A DNA stretch of 48,461 bases. Source: Chromera velia. Its lineage: Eukaryota. The stretch's first letter is position 1, and the number at the start of each line of letters is the position of its first letter. The notes below the pieces were generated by a model. That model worked only from the letters and a program-made list of their open reading frames with translations. It had not been told where the DNA came from and ran no database searches. The DNA is taken from assembly GCA_018398765.1 (NCBI GenBank), contig JAHBMJ010000408.1, positions 1 to 48,461 on the forward strand, written 5' to 3'. The position numbers were made by a program, and so were the translations under genes. Shown in pieces: positions 25,400-38,255 of this stretch.

Positions 25400-28300
25400 A
25401 CCGATGTTGCTTGATAGAGGTTTTGGCTCAGGCGGAAGGGGGCACACGCAATCTCCGTCCTTTGGTAGATCGCCTCAGCCCTGTCACGGTGGATCTCCAG
25501 CACGTAAGACAGGATTAAAGAGGATTGCCGAGGTGAGGACGATCCGAAACCGAAGCGAAAATGACGACGTTGTGGTTGAAGGAGACCAAGCGGTTTGGTA
25601 TTCCCCGTAACTGCCGGGTCGCCGTGAAGGAGCCGAAAAGACAAGAACTCAGTGAGACTCAGTATGCACCTGCTGTGCCCCTTCGAATTCAGGGGTATCA
25701 GGAGACAGTCGGTGCATTGCTTGCTGATCTTGATGGCTACGACATCATTCTTGGACGGAAGTGGAGTGATGTTCACCGATCTGAACTCAGTGACTGGTCT
25801 CGTTCCCTTCGCTTCTTCTTCAACGGCAAGGAGGTGAATCTTCGGGGCGGTGCGTATATAGAAAATAGACCTTGCCCTCCCGTTGTGTCACATTTGCAGG
25901 CTAAACGAGCAATCAAAAGGGGTGCCGTCTGTCATATTGTGCGTCTGGAGATGGTACATTGGCCTGCCTGCGACCTTGAGTATTCCGCTCATGCAACTGA
26001 AGTCAGTGAGGGAAAAGGAAAGGAGAGAATGAATGATGGGGGGATTTTGGGTTCTGACTTTCTCTCTTCTCTCTCGTCTGATCATCCTACTTGGTCGGCC
26101 TCTGACTTATCAAATGTACATAAATTCCTCTCTCGACTCGATGCTGAGGTTTCAACTCCTGATATGAATTATGCTAGGGGGGGGCACTTCAACCGGTTAC
26201 ACCATGATTACTGACCCTACACCCCCCCTTTACAACGTATGATATGTAACCATCAGTCAAAAGTGGTGTCAATCGATTAGTTATGTTTGGTTACTCACAA
26301 AACTGGCTTTAAAATTATTAAATAATTCAGGTTATGGTTAAAAATGATAAAAAATGATGTATCACACTCACTTTGCCCCCAAATCCCCCGTAACCGAATA
26401 ACCCGTAACCTTTTTTGACCCCCTTTAAAAATGAAGTAACCTCCCTCAAAAAGCATTCAAACGTGTTCTAAACATCATTTTAAAAGCTTTTAAAAGTTAA
26501 AAATTTGGTTGGTTACTGAGGTCAAAATGCTTGTAACCGGATAACCTGTAACCTCTTTGTATGATACAGATAAAAAGGGGGTAACCCAAAGTAACCACGA
26601 AGCCTACACTTCAAAAACATCAGATTTTGATGTAACTTGACTAAACGGAGCTCCAGGTTGCCGGACCGGCTCGCAAAAATCTGTTTTTGTTCACATTTTA
26701 TATCATTTTCGGCTTAAAATCCACCATAACCTTCCAGAGTGCCCCCCCCCTAGAAATTGTGGCTGATTATGCAACTTTTTTTCCTGATTGGTTGGAAGGA
26801 ATTGCCTCCCTCGAGGGGACCTGATTTGGATTTCAAGATTAAACTTGAACCAGGTCACTCTCCTCCTGCCCGCCCGCCCGCCCTATCGTTTGTCGATCGG
26901 AGAGCTGGATGAATTGAGAAGACAGATAGACACATACATCGAGCAGGGATTTATCCGGCCGTCTGCATCTCCGTATACTGCTCCAATCTTGTTTGTTCAG
27001 AAGAAGGACGGAACCATGCACATATATTGTGACTACACACTGTCAGACCTGAACAGAATCATGATCAAAGATAAATATTCTCTTCCTCACGCTCAAGGTT
27101 TGATTGATCGACTGTATGGTGCCCGTTACTTCACGACACTTGACCTCCATCAGTATTACTATCAAATGTGTATGAGGGAGGAAGACATTCTAAAGATTGC
27201 TTTCACTACTCGATATGGCTCTTTTAAGTGGTTGGTTGTCTCTTTTAGTTTGACAAATGCACCACCGCATGGAATGAAAGTGATTCAATATGTTTTTCGT
27301 TCGTGTCTCGATCGTTTTATGTCTGTTTTTCTGGATGACATTCTCATTTACTCACGTATGAGAGAAGAACATAACAAATATATCTGGACTGTACTCAGAT
27401 TGTTGAGTGAGGCAAAGCTGTATGCAAAGCTCTCAAAATGTCATTTCATGCAAACTGAGGTCATCTTTCTGGGACTGAAGATTTCGCGAATGGGAGTGAG
27501 GCCGGAGAAAAGCAAGACAGAGGACTAAGACAGAGGAAGTGAGCAAGTGGCCCACTCCAAAGAGCAAAAACGATGTGCTTTCTTTCCTTGGTTTTGCGAA
27601 CTGGGTGAGATGCTTTGTGCCTCGCTTTAGTGAGAAAGTAGGTTCTTTGTATGCGTTGCTGAAAGGGAACAAAGCGTTTAAATGGGAGAAAAAAGAGGAA
27701 GAGAGCTTTGAGGCAGTGAAAGAGGCAGTGAGAAAAACTGTCGAACTGTATATTCCTGACCTTGCGCGTCCGTTCGAAATTTTTGTGAATGCGTGTGAGT
27801 CGACAGAGACGCTCGCTGTTGCACTCATGCAGGAAGACCCTGAGACTGGGTGGCTGCGTCCATGTGCTTTCGCCTCTCAAAAAATGATGTAGGCAGAGTT
27901 AGAGTACCCGATTAGAGACAAAGAATTCCTCTCGTGTGTATTTGCAGTGAAGACGTGGAGGCCGTACGTGAGTCACACAATAAAGGTGTGGTCGGATCAT
28001 GAGTCTCTTAAGTATGTGAATGTGTCTGCTGATCGCACCTTGATGTCTTCACGTATGCGTAGGTTTGTCTCAACTTTTGACGAGCTGGGGATGCCTGGCG
28101 CCCGCAATCATGTGGCGGATGCGCTGAGCCATCGTCTTGGATGCCTAGCTTGGACGCCCTCAGATGTTGACGCCAGTGGAAGAAAAAGAAAGAAAAGAGG
28201 TCTGTCAGTTGTTGTTGTTGGAATTAAGAGTGCAGCCAGATGAGGAGTTGCTGGGTAGAATAAAGAAAGGGTGTGATGAAGAGAAATTTTGGACAGAAGT

Positions 28301-29700
28301 GAAAGAAGTGCTCAAGCATCCTGAGATAGGAGTGCCTTGACACTTACGGCTGATTGTCCCGCGTTTTCAGATAGAGGACGGACTATTTTATTTCAACGAC
28401 AGGTTGGCCGTTCCAAGAAAGAGACTGCAAAGAAATCTTGTTTATGAGCATTATGATACAGCCGCTGGTGGTCATTTGGGCGCAGAAAAGACCTACTTGA
28501 AGTTGGCAGGAAACTTCTACTGGCCATATATGTATGCATCTGTTGTACAGTACGTAAGAAAGTGTGATGCATATCAGTGATCAAAGAGGCCGACTGAGAA
28601 GCCATATGGATTATTGCAACCTCTTTCTATTCCTGAATTTTCTTTCCAATCGATTTTTCTTAACTTTGTGTTTAAACTTCCGAGCGTGACGTTTAGGGAG
28701 GAATCAGTGGATAGAATTCTTTTTGTGGTTGACTGTCTGTCTAAAACTCCCTTCTTTGCTGCAGTCTCCTCAGAGATCACGGCCAAAGGGATAGCAGAAG
28801 TCGTGTACGAGCAAGTGGTATATGAACACGGTATGCCTCAGTCGATGGTTAGTGATCGTGACCCTCGTTTTCTCTCTGCATTCTGGAAAGAACTTGCTCG
28901 TCTGTGGGGAACGAAACTGAATATGAGCACCAGAGGACACCCACAGTCAGATGGCTAGACAGAGAGAGACAACCAGACCATCGAACAAATGTTGCGCTGT
29001 TTTGTGAATGAGCACCAGACTGACTGGCCGAAGTGGTTGTGTTCTTACCAGTTTGCATATCGTAATTCTATTCATCCTGCCACAGGTATGTCTCCTTTTC
29101 GTTTTTTATATGGACGTGACCCTATTTACCTGTCTTCTGTCTCTGTGTGCTCCAAGTCATTCTGTCTGCCAGCAGCAGACTTTGCAGACCGCAGAGAGGC
29201 AGAAATCATGAGGGCAGAGGAACGACTCGAGCAAGCAAGAGAACAAGCAGCTCGACAGGTAGATCCACACAGACAGGAAGTTTCGTTTACCCCAGGAGAC
29301 TTTTTGCTTGTACGTAATGCATACTTTAAAGGAAGCAAAAAGCCAAGTGGGAAGCTTGAGCCTGTGTTTTACAGACCCTTTGAAGTAGAAAGAAAAGTAG
29401 GAAGCAATGCGTACGAGCTGATTTTCCCTGCAGGGGTGAGGGGTCATAATGTGATCAATGTGTCCTACCTGAAGAAGTATGAGAGAGGGAAGGACGATCC
29501 GTTACCTGCCATTCGGTTGTTTGCCTCAGAAGAGGTAGAGTACCAAGTGGGAGAGATCCTTGATCACAGGAAGATAAATAAGCAGGCGCACTATCTGGTG
29601 TGGTGAAAAGGAGAGAGTAAAGAGAATGTATCGTGGGAGCCTGCTGTGAATCTGACACATGCAAAGAAAGCACTACATGCATTCAAAGAGAAGAGAAGAC
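25400..29700 (+). pseudogene. pol: pol pseudogene (protease, RT, RNase H, integrase, chromodomain)
   Basis: YDIILGRKW (protease C-term); APILFVQKKDG, LDL and FLDDILIYS (RT); FASQKM..E..Y...DKE and SDHESL (RNase H); GHLG..YWP..C, SDRDPRF and HPQSDG*TER (integrase); YQVGEILDHR..YLVW*KG..SWEP (chromodomain). Confidence 0.95.
26177..26750. mobile_element. Poly-G-ended MITE, copy B (about 574 bp), nested in pol
   Basis: TA-G8-CACT...AGTG-C9-TA(G); interrupts pol just upstream of RT. Confidence 0.92.
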
Positions 29701-30244
29701 AACGAGAAAGAGAGAAGCAAGCAACGGGCAGGTATACGTGGCAGTTGAGGAGTAGAGAGATAAATTCTATTTGGGCATAAATGATAGGTTTATGGAGTGG
29801 AATGCATGTATGTGAGTTCTGGAGAGATGAAGAGGATTAGGGAAAAGAAATGAGTCAGTCCTGCATCTCCCTTGATGCAGGGTAGCGTATGCGTGGTCGG
29901 GCTCAGCATTCCGACTTCTTTCTTCACTCATGGTTCATTCGTGTGTGCGCGTCCGTGTTAGTTTGTGTTGCCTACTTGTGTGTATACCTTGCAGAGTTTG
30001 TGTGTCCGCGTTTGTCTGAAAAAATTGGAACCGAGCGTGGTCGTCAGCTTTGAGCAGCGGGCAGGTGACACACTGTAGGCCGGCTACGAGTGGCGGGCAT
30101 GCAACGGGCCTGCGGATTGGCAGCGCTATGAGGAACGCGTATGATTTATGTGGCACTGGCCGCTCTGGTGTCATGTAGCAATCTGATATGGCCTGACGTC
30201 AGAAAAGTATCAGCCTGCCTTCTAGCGACTGATTGATCTGTTTG

Positions 30245-30322
30245 GGGCGGGAGGCCAATCCGGCATTGGGGCGGGAGGCCAATCTTCCGAACATAAATCC
30301 TAATCCTCCTAATCCTAATCCC
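30245..30322 (+). mobile_element. 78-bp insertion with (AATCCT)n tail in the 3' LTR
   Basis: Absent from the 5' LTR; TTG on both sides; internal duplication of GGGGCGGGAGGCCAATC; ends CATAAATCCTAATCCT... Confidence 0.75.
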
Positions 30323-30350
30323 TTGACTGAACGTTGTGTAAACTCTTCTA

Positions 30351-31505
30351 CTCTAATGAATTGGGAGTTGAATTGGGTGTCGAATTGGTAGTACTACCAA
30401 TTTTTTACCGCCAGTAACTCCCAATTTTGAAAAATTGGTACCTAGTGCAGTGAAAGAAGTATATGGAGCTTGAAGCTAAAATTTTGTGTATGGGCTAGAC
30501 AGGGGCTCACTAGTCTCTAGCCGCAGTCATAAGACTCTAATTCATTACTAGGAACAAATTCTATGAACACTTAGAGTCACCTAAAAATTGGGAGTTACCA
30601 ATTTTTTTTTAGGACTAACTACCAATTTTTAAGAAAATCAACACCCAATTTTTTGGGGGGGACTACCAATTTTATAACTTCTCCTAGAAAGTAAAATATA
30701 TGTAGAAAGAAAGAACGCTGTAATAGAACAGTGTTGCGGCTGCACAGAACTTCATAAATCCATAAGTTTTGTATAGTTTCATAGTGTTATTCATGCTCGA
30801 AGTCCCTCCCGGCGTGATACATCATCAAAATATGCTTGCATGGCTTTCTTTCTCTTGCATAACCACGCAAAAACCAGATCTTCCAGAATAAAACGATCAT
30901 ATGAATAATGTCCCCTCTGTAGGACAAAACGTTTACAAACCTTCTTATGATACGATTCAAAGCCGTAGCATGTTCGGGAGAGAGGGGCATGATCTGAACA
31001 AAGATCAGCAGCCACTGTCCGGCATATGGAGGGATTATGAATTCTGGTAGGCTTACATGGTCAATTGGATCGATTTTCACTCTGTTTTTTATACTGGTAC
31101 GTGCAATTTGTGTAGAGCTGTCCACTGTCTGTTTTGTATTGCATTAGCGGTACACTATGACACACAAAACAAAAGTTTCAAGTTGACTCCCAATTTTTTT
31201 TTTTTGTACTACCAATTTTTTTTTCGGCGGTCCTAAAAAATTCCTATTTAAAAATTGGTAACTCCCAATTTTTAGGTGACTCTAAGTGTTCATAAAATTT
31301 GTTTCTAGTAATGAATTAGAGTCTAATGACTGCGGCTAGAGACTAGTGAGCCTCTGTCTAGCCCGTACACAAAATTTTAGTTTCAAACTTCATGTACTTC
31401 TTTTACTAGACTAGGTACCAATTTTTCAAAATTGGGAGTTACTGGCGGTAAAAAATTGGTAGTACTACCAATTTAACACCCAATTCAACTCCCAATTCAT
31501 TAGGA
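30351..31505. mobile_element. Long-TIR (about 255 bp) foldback-like non-autonomous DNA transposon with TA TSD
   Basis: 30351 to about 30606 is the reverse complement of about 31250-31505; TA at 30349-30350 and 31506-31507; empty site TTCTAGG in the 5' LTR. Confidence 0.93.
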
Positions 31506-32195
31506 TAGGTCAAACTTATATGTCAAGGAATTTCTGAATGCACATCAACGTATTTAGAGTTCCTAGCCCTGTAGAATTAACGCTAACAATTTGAGTTTGA
31601 CATGGAAATTATGATGGAATAATTAGAATCAAAACTGCATATCTAAGTGTTACAACTAGTGTTACAAAGTGTTCAAAAGTTATCAAAATAACAAATTAAA
31701 GTTGCTCTAAAGTTTTAGACTTATGTATCAAAAAATATTTAAGTCCTATAACTCAAGTTGAGAAAGACTAAAGTCGATGAAAATGAACAGAAAACATCTA
31801 GTATACGTACATATTTCAAAAAAAAATCTCAGTTTTGACAAATACTTATAACTAAGAACTTAAATGGATGTTCACGTCAGATCTAATCTCAGATGCATGT
31901 TGCCAGCTTTGATGTTCAACCCTATATATAAGTCCAGCCTCAAATCAAATCTCATCTGATTCAAAAGACTCATCAAATCGAACCTGGTCACTACGCACCG
32001 ATACCTTGCCGATTACCTTTCTAGTTCATTGAATGACGCCAAGTTTCCTCTAGGACCCCCTTGAATTCGAATTAATCTGACTTCGTTCCGTCGGCTGTCA
32101 TTTCAGCCATGCAGACTTTACGACGGATCAACTTCCGATCAAGTCCACAAGTATTCCTGCAGATCGAATGTTTTCTTTCTTTCCTTCTTTGCGGT

Positions 32196-35100
32196 TCAGT
32201 AGTAAGGGCTGTCGCCCAAAGACTCGCCTGGCTTCCCTGCCCCACGGTGACGCTCGTATCTCTCCTTGGACATCCGTCGAATCTCATCCAGTTCCGTCGA
32301 ACGAGTTGAGAAACTGCTCGCGTTCAACCCCAGCCCCCCCAGTCCCGTCGAATCCGGTCCCATCCCCCCACCCGACAAATGGTCTGTTGCAGCCACACCA
32401 CCTTTGGACTGATCTACGGAACCCCCCCCCTCCCTCTCTGCTCCCCCCTCTTTGGAAGGAAGCTGGGCGGGTCCCTTGGGGTTTGGGTTGGGGGTGCCTG
32501 AGGTGAAACAGAGAGAGGAGGCCGGGTTGGGAACAGAGGTCCGAAGCGGCGGCTGCAGATGGTTGACCGGCAAGGGAGGCGGTAGGGGGGTTGCCAGCAG
32601 GCGCTCACACTGTTTGATGTACTCTGCAGAGACGGGAGGAAGCAGGGTCGCCTGTGCCCCCTCCCCTGCTGCTGCAGCAGTTGAGGAGGGCAAAGCAGCA
32701 GAGGACCTCTCGTCTTCCTCCTGCCCTCTCCCTTCCCCCTTTCCCACCGCTCCAGCACGAAGTCTCTTCATCTCTTCCAACCAGAAGTGACTCTGGGCCT
32801 GAAGATATCGAGACTGCAGGCAGTCGGCAGGCAGGCAGACAGGAAGGAAGGAAGGAAGGAAGGAGGGGAGAAAGGCGCATCAACAACCAACAAATATTAG
32901 AGTAAGCAACCGAGAAGGAAGGAACATGATGGAGAACGCAGAAAAAGGCGGGAAAGACGCCCATCAGGCCAACAGCAAAGCGCCAAGGGAATCATTCATT
33001 CATTCATTCATTCAATCATTCATTCATTCATTCATTCATTCATTCCAATTCGCCTTTGATGCCTCCAGTTAGACAGTCGCGACAAGCACTGCTGACACTG
33101 CACGAAGTTCGACGGCTACAAATGACACAGAGAAGGTTGATCAAAAAGGAAGCTGCTTGAAAAAGTGAACGTCTTCATGAGTTCTCCTTACTCACAGCCC
33201 CTCTTCCTTCCTTCCTCCCTTACTGACTGACTGACCGACCGACTGACCATTTCATACGAGTGCTGCATTGCCGAGAGAAGTTCTCCGAGGGGAGGAGAAA
33301 ACGGGTCCATGGCTGGAGGTGGGCCCGTGCCCGCCGCCATCCCCCCAGATACACCGCCCCCCGTCACCCCCCCTGCACCACCCTCACTGTTATCACTCTC
33401 TGCTGTTCTGAAAACGCGGCTGAAGCGACTTAATGCCTCCTTTTCCTTTTCGTCTGGACTGTTCCCTGGCCGCCTGCAATCACATTCATCAAGCACATCC
33501 AAGTCCAAACTTAGGCAAATGAAGGAGCATCGCAAACGAAGAAAGCCAAACGAAGAGACGCAAGTCAGAACAGCCAAGCAACCAACCCGGAAAGAGATGG
33601 GAGGGCCCTTCAAAGCTTCTCAACAAAAACTTCGCTCGCATCCCCATACACTCAAAGACAGAGCACTACACTCATCGAGCAACACCACAAGAAAGAAAGC
33701 CCAGAATACAGAGCCATTTGGAAGGAAGCCAAGAGAACTCGAAGATGAGCGCAACAAGTCTATGAGGAAACACTGCGGACGGTCGAAATGTGGTGGGGTA
33801 TCGCAAGGTAGATCTCATAAGCAAGGAGACATTTTGACGTCCAGATTTTCAATTCACCAGGTACTAATCCACAGAGGAAGAGCAAGTATAACGCTGCTCA
33901 CTGTCCAGCAACACATATTCCCCCTTTCAATCTTCCCACCCCACTCACCCACCTGTGCACGAACAACGCGCCTAGTCCCGTTACTGATTCCTCCTCAGCA
34001 GCAGACCTCCAAGAGGAAGAGAACGGATGAGAAGCAGCACCAACCGACACAGGAGGCGCACCCGTCCCCGTCCCTGCATTCGTCCCAGACGGAGCAGACG
34101 ACCCTCCAAGACCGATGCCCAGACGTTTCTCTGCCGCTGCTGCAGCTGCCGCAACAGGCGAGACTGAAGGTGGAGGCGCGTTGGCCGAAAGGGAAGACGG
34201 GCCGAAGCCGGCGAGGCTCGGCGTCTTCTCCTTTTTCTTTTCCGCCTCCTGAGATCCCTTTTCGGGTTCACTCGGGGGGGCGTCTTCCATGGCCTCTCTG
34301 TCGAGGTCTTGCTCCCCTTCCACCGCCGTCTCCTCCGCATCCTCCCCGTCTCCTGTCGCCCCCTCAGTCTCGCCCCCCTCCCTTGCCCCGTCTCCGTCTG
34401 CCTGGCTTGTGGGAGACGAGGGACCCTCACCGACCACTTCTGCCCTACAGGTCGGGCACGTCTGTTGCTGGACGAACCAGGAACGGAGGCAGTCAGAGTG
34501 GAACACGTGACCGCATGGCAGTTTCTTGCTCCCAATGTGTAGAGCGTCTCTGCAAATGATGCACGTGTCGGCCGACTCCAGCTCATCGAGAGTCGCGTCG
34601 GGGAAGCTGCACACGGAGAGGATGGAAGGGAAGGGAGGACAAGTTGACAGCCCAACATCAGGACAAAGGGGAAGAAAAACACACACGCGCAAACAGCCGA
34701 AGACTCCTCGGAGAAGTCTCGACATGCAAAAAAAAGGGTTTAGTTAGCGCTGTGAGTGTCTTTTCTCTCTTTCGTTCGACGGGGGGGAGCATGCCAAAAA
34801 GCAAAGGCTCAGAACGATTGAGGGAAACACAATTCGGCCTGTGAAGGTGAATGCACACGTCTTCTTTCAAGACAAACCGAATTGTTCACCCACTTACAAA
34901 TTCCCTCACTTACTTTTCATTCATGTTTTTCGTCAACTGTCTGAATTTTCGGAATGACTGAAGCCGTAGCAGCAGCTGCCTCCCAACCTGCAAGGAGATA
35001 GCGGAAAGCAAGCAGAGAAGAAGCCAAGCGTCGCTGACTTTCAGCCCAGAATCACACAAATGAAGCACACACTAACTTCGGAGAAAAGAAGGAGAAGGAG

Positions 35101-36453
35101 GAAGAGAAGCGAAAGAACGCGAAACAACACAGTGGCACCCCGCCCTGCCTCCATGGACACGTCGGAAGCCTCAGAAGAAGTTGAAAAAAGCCTGCTTGGA
35201 AAGCCGGGTTCTTCCCTCGCCTGTAGCCAGACAGACTCTCATCAATCAACGTCCAACAAGCCCCCTCCCTGACCAATAAATAAGATACATAAACCAACCT
35301 GGAGGATGTCTGCCATCATGTACAGGGGCAACTTTGAGGGATTGTGGAGGAAGAAGGTCACGATGAACAGCTGCACGCACACGCACAGACAGAGAGAGAG
35401 AGTAAAAAAGAGAGCTGGAAAGAGAAATTTGAGAATTGGACCACGATCAGAGAGACCCCTCCACAAAGTGAAGGGGGGCGAGAGAGAGAAAAAGAAAGGA
35501 AAGGAAAAGAAAGGAAAGGAACGAACAGATGAGAAGAGAAGAGAAGAGATGACGCATGCATGCATGCAACAACAGGCTCACTCACTCACTCCACTGGGAA
35601 GAAGAGATGTTAATATTGTGCAGGTACGAGACAATGAAAACCTCTGAAGAATGACTGTGAAGAGAGGGACGGCACAAATTCATTCGCGAGGGAAAGGCTG
35701 AACAGCAGCAGAATTACAAGAAGCATCACAAGGCAGGAAATACAGAAGCGACCAAGACCGACCAAGAAAATGCACATAGAGACACAGTCACCGATCAGGT
35801 CCAGATAGAAGAGACACGAGGCTTTAGAGCTCCATCCTGGAAACACAGAGAAAGAGAAAGAGAAAGAGAAGGAAGCAACATGAAGAGTGGAGAAAAAATC
35901 CATTATGCATCGCTCACCCCCGTTGATTCGCTGCCTTTCTTCCTCTTTGTTGCCTCATTCAAACCTGCCTGAACGAAATCTTTTCGGCGCGACCGCTTTT
36001 CATTTATCTTTCTTTTCGCCACCCTTTCTTCTTTTCACGAGGACAGCCCAGAAGAGAGAAAGTGGAGCGAAAGCCAGCCAGCCCGACCGACGGACCCACT
36101 CACTCACTCACTCACCATGATCGAGAGAGGAGTCCAGGAGGAGAACACAAAATTTGCCGATCGAGACCAGACAACCTGAGGTCATCGCAAGGGTCTGCAA
36201 ACGGCAGAGAAATCAAGNGGGGGGGGGGGGAGCAAAACAACGAAATGGTGAAAACTCCTCCTATGCATTCTCTGTCACATGAAATGACCTAGCTACTGTT
36301 CTCTTCCCTCACTCGCCCCTGCCATTCTGGGAGACTGCGCGCGTTACGCTCATGGTATGTCTGACTGACTGCGCAGTGGGTTTCTGCCACTCTGAGACCC
36401 TCTCTCTTTCCGCGCCTCTTGCTCTGTCTGCCTCTTTCTCCTTCTCTCTCTCC

Positions 36454-36489
<36 letters not shown>

Positions 36490-38255
36490 TTCTGTGGGAG
36501 AGGGGGAGGGGAGGGAGGGAGGAAGAGACAGAAACAGAACCAGGCGACCTACCTCGAAGGCCAGCCACGTGTACAAAGTTGAGTTATTCGAGGAGTGACG
36601 GTAGAAGACAGAGTACATCAGCAGATCCTGCAAGCGTTTGGGGGGGAAAGGAAGACAAGCGTTGGCTTTCGAGTTGTTCGTTTTCTGCAGAACGAACGTT
36701 TCGTTTCGGACATGAGGACGACATGAATGCTCCCTCCGCAAAAAGAACTGAGGGGATCGATAAGAGACTGAAACAAAGGCATGAACACGTGCATACATGC
36801 CAACATATGTTAGTCCGCACACACATGCATGCACTCACAAAGCAGCGAAAGTGAGGGCCACATCTAAGACAAGAAATGAAGTTGCACGAGTGCGGAAAAC
36901 GTCGAAAACAGAGATGGGCGGGAAGGAAGAGATAGATGAAAGGAAGGGGGGAACAACGGCCAGGAACCGAGAAAAAATGAACGAACTCAGACAGCCCAGT
37001 TGGTCATCAACAAAGAGAGCCCCTCCCACCCCATTGACTGGCTGGCTGGCTGCATGTACGACTGACCAGGAGAAGGAGAAGGAAGAGGAGCAGCGCCATC
37101 TTCTGAATCAGAACCAATCGAGGAATTCCGATCTCGAACATCTGCGTGATTATCAGAAAAAGTGGTTGTGTATGGAAACGTTGTTCCAAAAAATCCTTCA
37201 GACAGCTTTTCACGGTACTAATGGTTGAAAGTCCGAGGACAGGGACCCCCAGTTAGACCATTCAGTCGGGAAGAGACGCAGAGTGGTGGTTGGGGAGGCC
37301 CAGCTCTCCACCAGGAAGCAAGCTACCTTTCCTCACGATAAACGTTTTCTCGGTACTGCGTCTAGCAGAACCGCACGGGAAGTTCTCCTACCAGTCCCGT
37401 GAGGCGTTCACAGACCAATGAACATTTCGACACGTTCACAACACAGGAGAGAAACTAGAAGACACCCACCAAGGAAGGGAAGGAACAAACAGGCACTTCC
37501 ACAAAAATCCTTCAATGGTACACCTGTCTCCGGTCGGGGCATGCTGTTGAACAAAGACTGACGTGTCCGAGTCGCACTTGCACCACAATGTGCGACAGTC
37601 TCAGGGCCACCAACCAGCAGATGCACTGAAAGAGGTGTACTGTGCCTGCCTCTCTTCCCTCCACCAATGGAGAAGAGAAGACGAGGAAGAGAATCGTGTC
37701 AAACAGGAAAGCTCGGCCTTGCTCGATCAAATGCTGCAGACAGATCCATGCAGACACGAACAGGCGGGCGGGGTCACTAAATCGAAAATTAGAGAGAGAT
37801 GCTAAGGGACTACAAGAGCAGGACCAGTCAGAAAAGAGAAAAGGGGGGGCAAAACGCCAAGTAGAGGCAAACGTGACTGAACCTAAAGAACCAGAGTGAA
37901 GGGATAGAAAATCTTACCTCGATTTCGAGTTCCCTCAGGTGTCCGATAAAGAACTTCAGGAGGGCTTGAGCAGCTCGAAAAAACAGCACAAAAGCGAAAT
38001 TGTACATCACCTGCAGAAGAGGATCCAGCCACACAGGGAGGGAGGGGGCGACCTCAGATCATTCAAACAACACGCAGGAGAAAGAGACAGCAAATTGAGA
38101 GACACGAAAATTCCACGCACCGCCATTGCCAGCTTATTTGTCGACAGGTACACGACAATGGGGTAGAACTCTTCGTAGGTCAGCGTTGCGTAAGTCACGA
38201 CTACAAGAGCCGCGATGATGCTGCATCCCGAGTAGACCCGGAAGTTGAGGATCAT
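32196..38255 (-). CDS. HRD1: ERAD E3 ubiquitin ligase HRD1/synoviolin-like, about 781 aa, 12 exons
   Basis: Exons 38255-38121, 38010-37918, 37733-37563, 37141-37067, 36627-36553, 36194-36116, 35836-35763, 35370-35299, 34987-34914, 34606-33953, 33473-33248 and 32813-32196 are phase-consistent. FYPIVVYL and GHLRELEIEHLIE N-terminal motifs, multi-TM region, RING-H2 CIICR..KKLPCGHVFH..C.RSW..QQTCPTCR. Confidence 0.93.

Larger units (their letters stand above)
23933..31588 (+). mobile_element. Full-length, inactivated Ty3/gypsy chromovirus-type LTR retrotransposon
   Basis: TG...CA LTRs at 23933-24189 and 30074-31588 (the latter interrupted); TSD ATTTA/ATTTG; domain order gag-PR-RT-RNaseH-IN-chromodomain. 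Confidence 0.95.
30074..31588 (+). repeat. 3' LTR of the chromovirus, split by two insertions
   Basis: Segments 30074-30244, 30323-30350 and 31506-31588 match the 5' LTR. Confidence 0.9.

Noticed and set aside
24272..29606. TAA/TAG reassigned to Gln (ciliate-like code) as an explanation for in-frame stops
   Set aside because: RPL21 and RPS30 terminate at TAA, modelled host exons have no in-frame TAR, and the element also has TGA stops and frameshifts
30290..30322. Interstitial telomere seed (CCCTAA-like)
   Set aside because: The unit is consistently (A)ATCCT at three loci and attached to shared upstream sequence, which fits a retroelement tail better; not fully excluded
23883..31995. Outer TIR element hosting the chromovirus (ACCTGGTTTCGAT versus ATCGAACCTGGT)
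   Set aside because: Match is short and imperfect, with no TSD
33309..34559. 416-aa + strand ORF
   Set aside because: Antisense shadow of GC-rich HRD1 exons with no recognisable domain
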